Source of the DNA: Candidatus Scatosoma sp.
GTDB taxonomy: Bacteria; Bacillota; Clostridia; Christensenellales; Borkfalkiaceae
Direction: 5' to 3'
Assembly: GCA_045654025.1 (NCBI GenBank)
Contig: JAZOMO010000031.1
Coordinates: forward strand, 27,173 to 91,172
Length of the DNA stretch: 64,000 bases
The notes under the pieces are model-generated. The model was given only the letters and a program-made list of their open reading frames with translations. It did not search any database and was not told the DNA's origin. Position numbers and translations under genes: made by a program. How positions within the stretch are numbered: the first letter of the stretch is position 1; each line of letters starts with the position of its first letter. Below are positions 1 to 7,914 of this stretch, one piece after another.

Positions 1-36
1 ACCTCAATCTGTTCGCCCTCCGTCCGTATTACGGAT

Positions 37-66
37 ATTATAACACACTCTTCCACGTTTCGTCAA
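37..66 (-). promoter_or_regulatory. Putative sigma-A promoter firing leftwards out of the window
   Basis: On the minus strand: TTGACG (61-66), 18-nt spacer, TATAAT (37-42) preceded by a TGt extended -10. The transcribed gene lies beyond the left edge. Confidence 0.4.
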
Positions 67-110
67 GGTCTGGACGCAAAAAAAAGTTGTATTATTCTAT
101 AAGAATAAGG

Positions 111-139
111 TTGACAAAGACAAAAAAATTCTGTATTAT
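111..139 (+). promoter_or_regulatory. Putative sigma-A promoter of pgk
   Basis: TTGACA (111-116), 17-nt spacer, TATTAT (134-139). AAGGAG RBS at 163-168 ahead of the pgk ATG at 180. Confidence 0.55.
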
Positions 140-179
140 ATATGCGTATGAAAATTATTTGTAAGGAGATTTCTTAACA

Positions 180-1496
180 ATGAATAAGAAAACCGTAAAA
201 GACATCGAAGTTAAAGGCAAAAAAGTCCTCGTTAGATGCGATTTCAACGTACCTATGAAGGACGGCGTTATCACCGACGAAAACCGTATCATCGGTGCGT
301 TGCCTACCATTCAGTACCTGATGGAACAGGGCGCAAAAGTTATCCTCTGTTCGCACATGGGCAAGCCCCACAACGTGTTCGACGCAAAGGTTGACCTCAA
401 CAAGAAAGAAAAGGCAAAGGTTGCGGCTCTGCCCGAAGCAGAACAGGCGGCAGCTACTGCAGAGTTTTTGGAAAAGGCAGCGAAGGACGTAAAGAAATTG
501 ACGCTTGCGCCCGTTGCGGCAAGATTGAACGAATTGCTTGGCGGCAAGGTTGCGTTTGCTACTGACGTCGTTGGCGAAGATGCAAAGGCTAAGGTTGCGG
601 CTTGCAAGGAAGGCGAATGCGTATTGCTGGAAAACCTTCGTTTCCACAAGGGCGAAGAAAAGAAAGCGCCTGAATTTATGGCTACCCTCGCATCGTTTGC
701 AGAAGTATACGTAAACGACGCATTCGGTACGGCGCACCGTTCGCACGCATCTACCGCTGGTATCGTAGAAGAAGGCTTGGTTGAAACGGCGGCTTGCGGT
801 TTCTTGATTGAAAAGGAATTGTCCGTCATGGCGGCTACCCTTGAAAACCCTGAAAGACCCTTCCTCGCTATCCTCGGCGGCGCAAAGGTTGCAGACAAAC
901 TGAACGTTATCTCCAACCTGCTTGAAAAGTGCGACACCTTGATCATCGGCGGCGGTATGGCTTACACCTTCATCAAGGCGCAGGGCGGCGAAATCGGTAC
1001 TTCCCTCGTTGACGATGAAAAGATTGACTACTGTAAGGAAATGATGGCAAAAGCGGCAAGCCTCGGCAAGAAAATCCTTCTTCCCGTAGACACCGTTGCG
1101 GCAAAATCCTTCCCCAACCCTATTGATGCAGAAATCGAAACGACCGTTGTTCCCACGATGGCAATCCCTGCAGACATGATGGGTCTTGACATCGGTCCTG
1201 AAACGGTTAAATTGTTCTCCGCGGCAGTTGCTGAGGCAAAATCCGTTATTTGGAACGGCCCTATGGGCGTATTCGAGAACCCTACCCTTGCAAAGGGTAC
1301 GGAAGCGGTTGCGGCGACTCTTGCATCCGTATACGGAAAGGCTACGACCATCATCGGCGGCGGCGACAGCGCGGCAGCCGTACAAATCCTCGGCTATGCA
1401 GACAAGATGAGCCACATCTCCACGGGTGGCGGCGCTTCCCTTGAGCTGTTTGAAGGCAAGGTACTTCCCGGTATCGCTTGCTTGAACAACAAGTAA
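180..1496 (+). CDS. pgk: Phosphoglycerate kinase
   Basis: 438-aa ORF with ATG start and RBS. PGK motifs [10 protein letters not shown] near the N-terminus and [15 protein letters not shown] near the C-terminus. First gene of a pgk-tpiA-gpmI block. Carries an extra ~36-aa insert after HMGKP. Confidence 0.95.
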   Translation: MNKKTVKDIEVKGKKVLVRCDFNVPMKDGVITDENRIIGALPTIQYLMEQGAKVILCSHMGKPHNVFDAKVDLNKKEKAKVAALPEAEQAAATAEFLEKAAKDVKKLTLAPVAARLNELLGGKVAFATDVVGEDAKAKVAACKEGECVLLENLRFHKGEEKKAPEFMATLASFAEVYVNDAFGTAHRSHASTAGIVEEGLVETAACGFLIEKELSVMAATLENPERPFLAILGGAKVADKLNVISNLLEKCDTLIIGGGMAYTFIKAQGGEIGTSLVDDEKIDYCKEMMAKAASLGKKILLPVDTVAAKSFPNPIDAEIETTVVPTMAIPADMMGLDIGPETVKLFSAAVAEAKSVIWNGPMGVFENPTLAKGTEAVAATLASVYGKATTIIGGGDSAAAVQILGYADKMSHISTGGGASLELFEGKVLPGIACLNNK

Positions 1497-1520
1497 TTTC
1501 ACTGACGAGGATATACTACT

Positions 1521-2267
1521 ATGAGAAGACCTATTATTGCAGGCAACTGGAAAATGAACAATACCGCTTCGCAGGGCGTAGCGCTGGTAAACGCCATCGC
1601 TCCCCTCGTGAAGGATGCAAACTGCGACGTAGTCGTATGCGTACCCGCAATCAATATCCCCGCGATTGCAGAGGCGATTAAGGGCACGAACATCAAGCTT
1701 GGCGCAGAGAACGTACACTTTGCAGACAAGGGCGCATACACCGGGGAAATCTCCGCAGAAATGTTGCTGGAATATAACGTAGAATACGTTATCATCGGCC
1801 ACAGCGAACGCAGACAGTACTTCGCTGAAACGGACGAAACGGTCAACAAGCGTACTCTTACCGCTTTGAAGGCAGGGCTCACCCCCATCGTCTGCATCGG
1901 CGAATCCTTGGAAGAAAGAGAAACTGGCAAGACGGAAGAAGTCCTTGCTACCCAAATCCGCGAAGGCTTGAAGGGGATTGAGGACATCACCAAAATCGTC
2001 ATCGCATACGAACCCGTTTGGGCAATCGGCACGGGCAAGACGGCAACCGCAGAGCAGGCAAACGAAACCATCGCTTTCATCCGTAAAACGGTGGGCGAAA
2101 TGTTCTGCCCCCACTGCGCGGCGGCTCTCCGTATTCAGTACGGCGGTAGCATGAACGCAGGCAACTGCAAAGAGCTGATGGCAATGCCTGAAATCGACGG
2201 CGGCTTGATCGGCGGCGCTTCCTTGAAAGCACCTGACTTTGCAACAATCGTAAACTTCGACAAATAA
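1521..2267 (+). CDS. tpiA: Triosephosphate isomerase
   Basis: 248 aa. Motifs IAGNWKMN, AYEPVWAIGTGKTA and GGASLK. GAGGA RBS. Lies 24 nt after pgk. Confidence 0.95.
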   Translation: MRRPIIAGNWKMNNTASQGVALVNAIAPLVKDANCDVVVCVPAINIPAIAEAIKGTNIKLGAENVHFADKGAYTGEISAEMLLEYNVEYVIIGHSERRQYFAETDETVNKRTLTALKAGLTPIVCIGESLEERETGKTEEVLATQIREGLKGIEDITKIVIAYEPVWAIGTGKTATAEQANETIAFIRKTVGEMFCPHCAAALRIQYGGSMNAGNCKELMAMPEIDGGLIGGASLKAPDFATIVNFDK

Positions 2268-2283
2268 TTTCCACGAAAGATTT

Positions 2284-2327
2284 GGGGGTGTTCGGACGGT
2301 AAACCCGTACCTGCCCCCTACTTTTTG
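2284..2327 (+). terminator. Possible imperfect hairpin plus T-tract between tpiA and gpmI
   Basis: GGGGG (2284-2288) pairs with CCCCC (2314-2318) around an inner ACGG/CCGT hairpin, followed by TACTTTTTGTGTTTTTG. The stem is imperfect. Confidence 0.3.
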
Positions 2328-2371
2328 TGTTTTTGTGCATTTTTGTGTATATTCAGTTATAGGAGAATAAA

Positions 2372-3943
2372 ATGAAAACCCCTTACGCTATTATTATCAT
2401 GGACGGCTACGGCGTCAACCCTTCCACGGAAGGCAACGCAATCTTTCAAGAAGGTAGCAAGTATATCAACGAATTGCAGGCAAACTACCCTTCCACCATC
2501 ATCGGTGCAAGCGGTATGTCCGTAGGTCTTCCCGACGGTCAGATGGGCAACAGCGAGGTTGGCCACCTCAACATCGGCGCAGGCAGAATCGTTTACCAAG
2601 ACTTGACGAAAATCACGAAAGATATCCGCAATGGCGAATTTTTCAAGAACGAACAGCTTTTGTCCGCGATGAACGCGGCAAAGGAAAACGGCAAGAAACT
2701 CCATCTCTACGGCTTGGTTTCGACGGGTGGCGTTCACAGCCATACGGAGCACGTTTATGCGCTTGTTGAAATGGCGAAGAAAGTCGGTCTTGACAACGTG
2801 TACGTTCACGCTTTCACGGACGGCCGTGACGTTGCGCCCACCTCTGGCGCAGGCTTCTTGAAGGAATTGCAGGACAAGATGGACGAACTTTCCTTCGGTA
2901 AAATCGCATCCGTCAGCGGTAGATACTACGCAATGGACCGTGACAATAACTGGGATAGAGAAGAAAAAGCGTACAACATGATGACCCTCGGCGAAGGTAA
3001 AACCTTCGAAGGCTCGGCAGAGGCTTGCGCCCTTGCGTCCTACGCAGAAGGCGTTACCGACGAATTCATCGTTCCCACGGCCCTGACGGAAAACGGCAAG
3101 CCCGTTGCGCTCATTGAAAAAGGCGACAGCATTATCTGCTTTAACTTCCGCCCTGACAGAGCAAGACAGGTTTCCCGTATGTTCTCGCAGGAAAACTTCC
3201 CTTCCGTGGACGAAAAGGGCAAGGTGCTCGGCTTTGAAAGAAAGACAGGTTTCCTTGCGCCCAAGTACGTGGGCTTTGCGGTGTACGATTCCTCGTTTGA
3301 AAACGTTGGCGTGGCGTTCCCTCCCGACGAAATCACGAACACCCTGCCCCAGTATATTGCTTCCCTTGGCATGAAACAGCTCCACATCGCTGAAACGGAA
3401 AAATACGCGCACGTTACCTTCTTCTTCAATGCGAAGTTAGAGGCCCCCGTCGAAGGCGAAACCCGTATCGTAATCCCTTCCCCGAAGGTGGCGACCTACG
3501 ATATGCAACCTGAAATGAGCGCATACCCCGTAACGGAAAAGGTACTTGAGGAACTTGACAGCGGCGAATACGACGTTATCATCTTGAACTTTGCAAACTG
3601 CGACATGGTTGGCCACACGGGCATCATGGATGCGGCTGTAAAAGCGGTACACGCCGTTGACGAATGCGTTAAGAAAGTCACGGACAAAATCCTTGCGATG
3701 GGCGGTAGCGCAATCGTGACGGCTGACCACGGCAACGCTGACCAGATGATTGCCGCAGACGGTGTCACTGCATTCACGCAACACACCACCAACCCCGTTC
3801 CCGTGATTTTGGTATCGGACGAATACAAGAACGTATCCTTGCGCGAAGGCGGCGTCCTTGCAGACCTTGCGCCCACCCTTCTTGACATCATGAAGGTTGC
3901 TCAGCCCAAGGAAATGACCGGAGAATCGTTAATCGTTAAATAA
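2372..3943 (+). CDS. gpmI: 2,3-bisphosphoglycerate-independent phosphoglycerate mutase
   Basis: 523 aa. Motifs GQMGNSEVGHLNIGAGR and VTADHGNAD. AGGAGA RBS. Confidence 0.95.
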   Translation: MKTPYAIIIMDGYGVNPSTEGNAIFQEGSKYINELQANYPSTIIGASGMSVGLPDGQMGNSEVGHLNIGAGRIVYQDLTKITKDIRNGEFFKNEQLLSAMNAAKENGKKLHLYGLVSTGGVHSHTEHVYALVEMAKKVGLDNVYVHAFTDGRDVAPTSGAGFLKELQDKMDELSFGKIASVSGRYYAMDRDNNWDREEKAYNMMTLGEGKTFEGSAEACALASYAEGVTDEFIVPTALTENGKPVALIEKGDSIICFNFRPDRARQVSRMFSQENFPSVDEKGKVLGFERKTGFLAPKYVGFAVYDSSFENVGVAFPPDEITNTLPQYIASLGMKQLHIAETEKYAHVTFFFNAKLEAPVEGETRIVIPSPKVATYDMQPEMSAYPVTEKVLEELDSGEYDVIILNFANCDMVGHTGIMDAAVKAVHAVDECVKKVTDKILAMGGSAIVTADHGNADQMIAADGVTAFTQHTTNPVPVILVSDEYKNVSLREGGVLADLAPTLLDIMKVAQPKEMTGESLIVK

Positions 3944-3977
3944 TTCCAGATTTTTTTCGAAAAGAGCATAAAAATAC

Positions 3978-4006
3978 TTGCGATATTTTTGTGGGTATGG
4001 TATACT
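3978..4006 (+). promoter_or_regulatory. Putative promoter of secG
   Basis: TTGCGA (3978-3983), 17-nt spacer, TATACT (4001-4006) preceded by TGg (extended -10). Confidence 0.4.
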
Positions 4007-4067
4007 TTTTTAAGAATTATGATATTTCGGCTTTGCCGAGAATAAAAATACGAAAAGGACAAAACCT

Positions 4068-4367
4068 ATGTTTATCAATTTATTAGCATCTGAGACCGCA
4101 CTTTTGATTCGTGATATTATCGCAGTAATCACGATTGTTGTTATGGCGCTTGCCGCTTTGGGTGCAATTATCCTGATTTTACTGCAACAGAGCAACTCGT
4201 CGGGTATCGACGCGTTGGGTGGCTCTTCCGAGACCTTCTTCGGTAAGAACAAGGGCAAATCCTTGGAATCGAAGCTGAAGAAATGGACGATCATCTGCTT
4301 GGTCATTCTCCTCGTGTTCTCGGTTATCTACTTCGTTGTTCCTTACAACGCAGCAATCTGGGGTTAA
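4068..4367 (+). CDS. secG: Preprotein translocase subunit SecG
   Basis: 99 aa with two hydrophobic segments flanking LLQQSNSSG...GGSSETFFG, a SecG-like pattern. Conserved secG-rnr-smpB neighbourhood. Confidence 0.8.
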   Translation: MFINLLASETALLIRDIIAVITIVVMALAALGAIILILLQQSNSSGIDALGGSSETFFGKNKGKSLESKLKKWTIICLVILLVFSVIYFVVPYNAAIWG

Positions 4368-4382
4368 TTTAGTACAACCATT

Positions 4383-4415
4383 AAGGCGGCTCATTCTTCA
4401 GCCGCCTTTTTTTAT
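4383..4415 (+). terminator. Intrinsic terminator after secG
   Basis: AAGGCGGCT (4383-4391) pairs with AGCCGCCTT (4400-4408), followed by a T-run. Confidence 0.7.
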
Positions 4416-4421
4416 TCGATT

Positions 4422-6524
4422 ATGAGCATACAAGAACAGTTATTACAAGCCTTTAAGGAAGGCGCAATCAACCGTATGACGGCAGGCGACATCTGCCGTG
4501 TTTTCGCCATTCCTTTCCGCGAGAAAAAGCGGCTGACCACCGTCTTAGATAAGCTGGTAGACGACGGCCTTATCTATCAAGACAACGGCGGCAGATACGG
4601 CACGGCGGAGGCCTTGGGCTTGATTAAGGGTAAGATTTCGGGCAACGAGCGTGGCTTTGCTTTCCTCGTCCCCGAGGATAGAGCCACCCACCCTGACGAC
4701 TACTTTCTTCCTCGTAAAAATCTGCACGGAGCGTTACACGGCGACGTCGTTTTAGCTCAGCGCGCCTACGGCAGAAGCGACGACGAGGCTGAGGTCGTAC
4801 AAATCATACAGCGTGGGTACAGCGAAATTGTCGGCACGTTCACGAAAGACCGCTACGCAGGATATTTGACGCCTGACGAAAAACGCTTTTCGACGGAAAT
4901 CTTTATCCCCTTGCACCGCTGTCATCAAATTAAAAACGGCGTGAAGGCGGTGGCTCGTATCACCGAATACCCCCACGGCAAAGCCCCCGGCGGCGAAATC
5001 ATCGAGGTGCTTGGCGACGAGGAGGACTTTTTCGCAGAGGAATTGTCCATTATCCGTTCGTACACTCTTCGAGAAGAATTCCCCGACGGGATTGAAGAGG
5101 CGGCGGAAAAGCAGCAACAGCGAGGCATTACCCCTGCCGACTATGCAAACCGCCGTGATTTTCGTGATAAATTGATTGTCACAATCGACGGCGAAGACAC
5201 ACGGGACATTGACGACGCTATCTCCATTGAACGAGTTGGCGAGGACTACCTTTTGGGCGTGCATATTGCAGACGTTTCCCATTACGTCAAATACCGCTCC
5301 CCGTTAGACAAAGAGGCTCTTGCGCGCGGCACGAGCGTATACTTCCCCGACCGCGTTCTTCCCATGCTCCCCAGGGCATTATCCAACGGCATCTGCTCCT
5401 TGAACGAAGGCGAAGACCGTCTCACCCTTTCCTGCATGATGCGGGTGAACAAAAAAGGGGTTGTCGTGGACAGCGAGATCGTCGAAGGAATCATTCGTTC
5501 CACGCATAAAATGACCTATACGGAAATCACGAAAATGCTGGACGGCGACGAAGAAACTCTTGCAAAATACGCGGACGTTCAAGACATGGTAGCCACTTTT
5601 GCGGAATTGACCCATATTTTACAGGCAATGCGGCAAAAGCGTGGCAGCGTTTCCTTAGACGTCAAAGAGGCGAAGATTATGCTTGTAGGCGACCAGATTC
5701 TCATTCCCGACTACAAGAGGCAATTCTCCCACGAAATCATCGAGGCGTTTATGGTGCTTGCCAACGAAACGGTGGCAAGCTATATGCAGTCGATTGAAGC
5801 CCCCTTCGTCTATCGTATTCACGAAAAGCCGAACGAGGAAAAGGCGCAAGCCTTCCGTGACTTTGCGCAAGGGTTGGGCTTGAAGGCAAAGTTCAACGCG
5901 TCGGACGTACGCCCGTACGATTATCAAAACCTATTGAAATCGGCAGAAAGTCTGCCTGCCTATTCCGTCCTCAACCGAGTCATGCTCCGCTCCATGCAAA
6001 AGGCAAGATACTCCCCCGAGAACGCTGGGCATTTCGGGCTCGCCAGCGAATGTTATTGTCACTTTACCTCGCCCATCCGTCGCTATCCCGACCTTTGCAT
6101 CCACCGTATCATCAAGGAAGTCATCAACGGGAAATATGCGGAGGCGTGCGAAGTTTACGGCGGGTTCGTCGAGGAAGCGGCAGAACGCTCGTCCGACCGC
6201 GAAAGAAACGCCGCAGAGGCAGAACGAGAGGTGGATGCGCTGTACGCCGCTATGTATATGAGCGAGCGCATCGGCGAGGAGTTCACCGCCGTGGTTTCGG
6301 GCGTAAGCTCGTACGGCTTATTTGCTGAATTGCCGAACACCATCGAGGGCTTTATCCCCATCGAGTCGATTCCCGGCTCGTTTGAATGTATCCCCGAACG
6401 GTTTTTGCTCAAGGGAAGCAAGGAGAGCTATTCCATCGGCGAAAGCCTGCGCATCAAGGTCGTTGACGTGGATTTCTACCGTCGCAGAGCTGTGTTTACC
6501 ATTTTAGAGAAGGTGTTGAAATGA
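4422..6524 (+). CDS. rnr: Ribonuclease R
   Basis: 700 aa. RNB catalytic motif IDGEDTRDIDDAIS and a C-terminal S1-like domain (FTAVVSGVSSYGLFAEL). No clear SD; the ATG lies 6 nt after the secG terminator T-tract. Confidence 0.9.
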   Translation: MSIQEQLLQAFKEGAINRMTAGDICRVFAIPFREKKRLTTVLDKLVDDGLIYQDNGGRYGTAEALGLIKGKISGNERGFAFLVPEDRATHPDDYFLPRKNLHGALHGDVVLAQRAYGRSDDEAEVVQIIQRGYSEIVGTFTKDRYAGYLTPDEKRFSTEIFIPLHRCHQIKNGVKAVARITEYPHGKAPGGEIIEVLGDEEDFFAEELSIIRSYTLREEFPDGIEEAAEKQQQRGITPADYANRRDFRDKLIVTIDGEDTRDIDDAISIERVGEDYLLGVHIADVSHYVKYRSPLDKEALARGTSVYFPDRVLPMLPRALSNGICSLNEGEDRLTLSCMMRVNKKGVVVDSEIVEGIIRSTHKMTYTEITKMLDGDEETLAKYADVQDMVATFAELTHILQAMRQKRGSVSLDVKEAKIMLVGDQILIPDYKRQFSHEIIEAFMVLANETVASYMQSIEAPFVYRIHEKPNEEKAQAFRDFAQGLGLKAKFNASDVRPYDYQNLLKSAESLPAYSVLNRVMLRSMQKARYSPENAGHFGLASECYCHFTSPIRRYPDLCIHRIIKEVINGKYAEACEVYGGFVEEAAERSSDRERNAAEAEREVDALYAAMYMSERIGEEFTAVVSGVSSYGLFAELPNTIEGFIPIESIPGSFECIPERFLLKGSKESYSIGESLRIKVVDVDFYRRRAVFTILEKVLK

Positions 6525-6973
6525 AAATAATTGCTGTGAATAAAAGTGCTTCGTTTGAATACTTCATCGAAGAAAAATATGAGGCTGGTATCGTTTTAGA
6601 AGGAAACGAAATCAAGTCCCTGCGCGCAGGCAACGTCAATATGAACGATTGCTTTTGCTTCGTGCGTGGAAACGAGGTAATGCTGAAAAATATGCACGTT
6701 GCGTTCTACGAAAAATCGGACGGCTTCCACAGCCGTGATACGCGCAGAGATAGAAAATTACTGCTCCACAAGGGCGAAATTGCGAAGATTGCAGGCAAAA
6801 TCAACCGCCAAGGCTATACCTTAGTCCCCTTAAAGCTGTACTTTAAGGATTCCTTAGTTAAGGTGGAAGTCGCCCTCTGCCGTGGTAAGCATACCTACGA
6901 CAAAAAGCAAACCATTGCCGCGCGCGACCAAAAACGCGACACCGAGCGCGCAATCAAGTCCGCAGGATTTTAA
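6521..6973 (+). CDS. smpB: SsrA-binding protein SmpB
   Basis: 150 aa with typical SmpB sequence (RDRKLLLHKGEI). Start overlaps the rnr stop by 4 nt. Confidence 0.95.
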   Translation: MKIIAVNKSASFEYFIEEKYEAGIVLEGNEIKSLRAGNVNMNDCFCFVRGNEVMLKNMHVAFYEKSDGFHSRDTRRDRKLLLHKGEIAKIAGKINRQGYTLVPLKLYFKDSLVKVEVALCRGKHTYDKKQTIAARDQKRDTERAIKSAGF

Positions 6974-6977
6974 GAGA

Positions 6978-7007
6978 TAAAAAACGGAGCAAACGCTCCG
7001 TTTTTTA
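6978..7007. terminator. Bidirectional intrinsic terminator (smpB / convergent minus-strand gene)
   Basis: A-run, ACGGAGC (6984-6990), AAAC loop, GCTCCGT (6995-7001), T-run. Confidence 0.75.
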
Positions 7008-7676
7008 GTACATTTTTCTGGGTGGTCTATACAGCCCGCGGTGGCGTGTTTCCACCAAATGGTATTCCTTAATGCGTTCCAGCTCGTGGACTGCAAGCCC
7101 CGCAGGAGAGGCAAAGGCAAGCGACCCGTCCACCCCACCGACGGCAGAATACCCGATACCGCAAAAGCAAATCGGCGCACCGTAGCAAAACGCATAGGCG
7201 CGAACAAGTACGCTTTCCACCCCGTTTTCCACCACTCCGTACGGGCAGACGATGACGTCCGCGCCGCATAAGGTCAGCGATTTTACTACCTCTGGAAAGT
7301 ATAAATCCTCCGCAACGATAATGCCGATTTTGCCGGCTTTCGTGTCGTATACCTTCAGCGCCGCGCCGCTGTTGCCGTCGCCGTCCACGACGTTTAGCAT
7401 ATCGGAAACCCCCAACAGCCTTCCGTTTTCCGCCACCACCGCCGATTTTCTCTTAAACCCCTTCGTATCGGTGATACAGCCACACACGACAACCGAGTTC
7501 GTCGTTTTAGAGAGGCACGCAAGCCGTTCGAAATAATCCGTTTCCTCTTTCAATTCCCGCTCATAGCTCACCTCGCCAAGGCTTTTAAAGCCCCCGACGA
7601 CAATCTCGGCCTCCGCCGCAATCAACTCCTTTTCCTGCGTATAAACCGCATCACGACTGACAAAACAAATCCGCAT
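7005..7676 (-). CDS. Carbon-nitrogen hydrolase (nitrilase superfamily)-like protein, apparently catalytically degenerate
   Basis: Start re-set to the ATG at 7676 (GAGGAGGGGAT ATG); the ORF-track start at 7769 has no RBS. The segment KIGIIVAEDLYFPEVVKSLTLCGADVIVCP resembles the Cys-motif region G..IC.D..FPE of CN hydrolases, but with Ala in place of the Cys. Confidence 0.5.
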   Translation of the reverse strand: MRICFVSRDAVYTQEKELIAAEAEIVVGGFKSLGEVSYERELKEETDYFERLACLSKTTNSVVVCGCITDTKGFKRKSAVVAENGRLLGVSDMLNVVDGDGNSGAALKVYDTKAGKIGIIVAEDLYFPEVVKSLTLCGADVIVCPYGVVENGVESVLVRAYAFCYGAPICFCGIGYSAVGGVDGSLAFASPAGLAVHELERIKEYHLVETRHRGLYRPPRKMY

Positions 7677-7769
7677 ATCCCCTCCTCTTGTCAGTATATA
7701 CACAAGAAACGGAAAATGTGCGTATAAATAAAGTGTAGAGAGGGAATACTTGAAACGGAGGGCGCGCAT

Positions 7770-7862
7770 ATGTTTCTTTTAGGTTTGGCGGTTGGTTTGG
7801 TGCTGGGTGGCAATCTTGGCGTTATTTTAATGGCGCTGTTTAAAATCAACCGTTCCCATTAG
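7770..7862 (+). CDS. 30-aa hydrophobic micro-protein (MFLLGLAVGLVLGGNLGVILMALFKINRSH)
   Basis: ATG at 7770 lies 8 nt after GGAGG (7757-7761). One predicted TM helix. TAG at 7860-7862 is followed by a perfect terminator. Below the ORF-track size cutoff. Confidence 0.4.
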   Translation: MFLLGLAVGLVLGGNLGVILMALFKINRSH

Positions 7863-7880
7863 ACATTCTCCCCGACACAG

Positions 7881-7912
7881 AAAAAGACGCGGAAATTTCC
7901 GCGTCTTTCTTC
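7881..7912. terminator. Bidirectional intrinsic terminator
   Basis: Perfect palindrome AAAGACGCGGAAA / TTTCCGCGTCTTT (7883-7908) flanked by A- and T-runs, between the micro-ORF (+) and nahK (-). Confidence 0.75.
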
Positions 7913-7914
7913 TA

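Noticed and set aside
174-2114. Very long antisense ORFs opposite real genes. These are 646 aa opposite pgk-tpiA, 509 aa opposite infB (17382..18911) and 394 aa opposite aroA (57686..58870). Also 391 aa opposite rarA (24759..25934), 384 aa opposite pepP (42880..44034) and 351 aa opposite gpmI (2357..3412).
   Set aside because: - At least the 646-aa ORF (the one I checked) lies in the codon-aligned antisense frame of a well-supported gene.
- Stops in that frame arise only from sense TTA, CTA or TCA codons, which these genes almost never use (Leu is CTC/CTT/CTG/TTG; Ser is TCC/TCG/AGC).
- pgk and tpiA also share the same phase, which explains why the 646-aa ORF spans both.
- The translations are low-complexity and Arg/Cys/Phe-rich with no motifs.
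- These are shadow ORFs produced by codon bias.
6974-7004. Expected an ssrA (tmRNA) gene directly downstream of smpB, as in many Firmicutes.
   Set aside because: Only 31 nt, occupied by a bidirectional terminator, separate smpB from the convergent minus-strand gene. No tRNA-like acceptor or T-arm sequence is visible nearby.
6974-7005. Switch from plus-strand to minus-strand genes as a possible replication terminus or dif site.
   Set aside because: - I saw no XerCD/dif-like 28-mer.
- GC skew cannot be separated from coding-strand bias by eye.
- A single convergent junction is not evidence of a terminus.
7677-7769. Upstream 31-codon extension of the CN-hydrolase-like ORF.
   Set aside because: There is no RBS at 7769, whereas the ATG at 7676 is preceded by GAGGAGGGG. 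The extension would also run into the RBS of the divergent micro-ORF.
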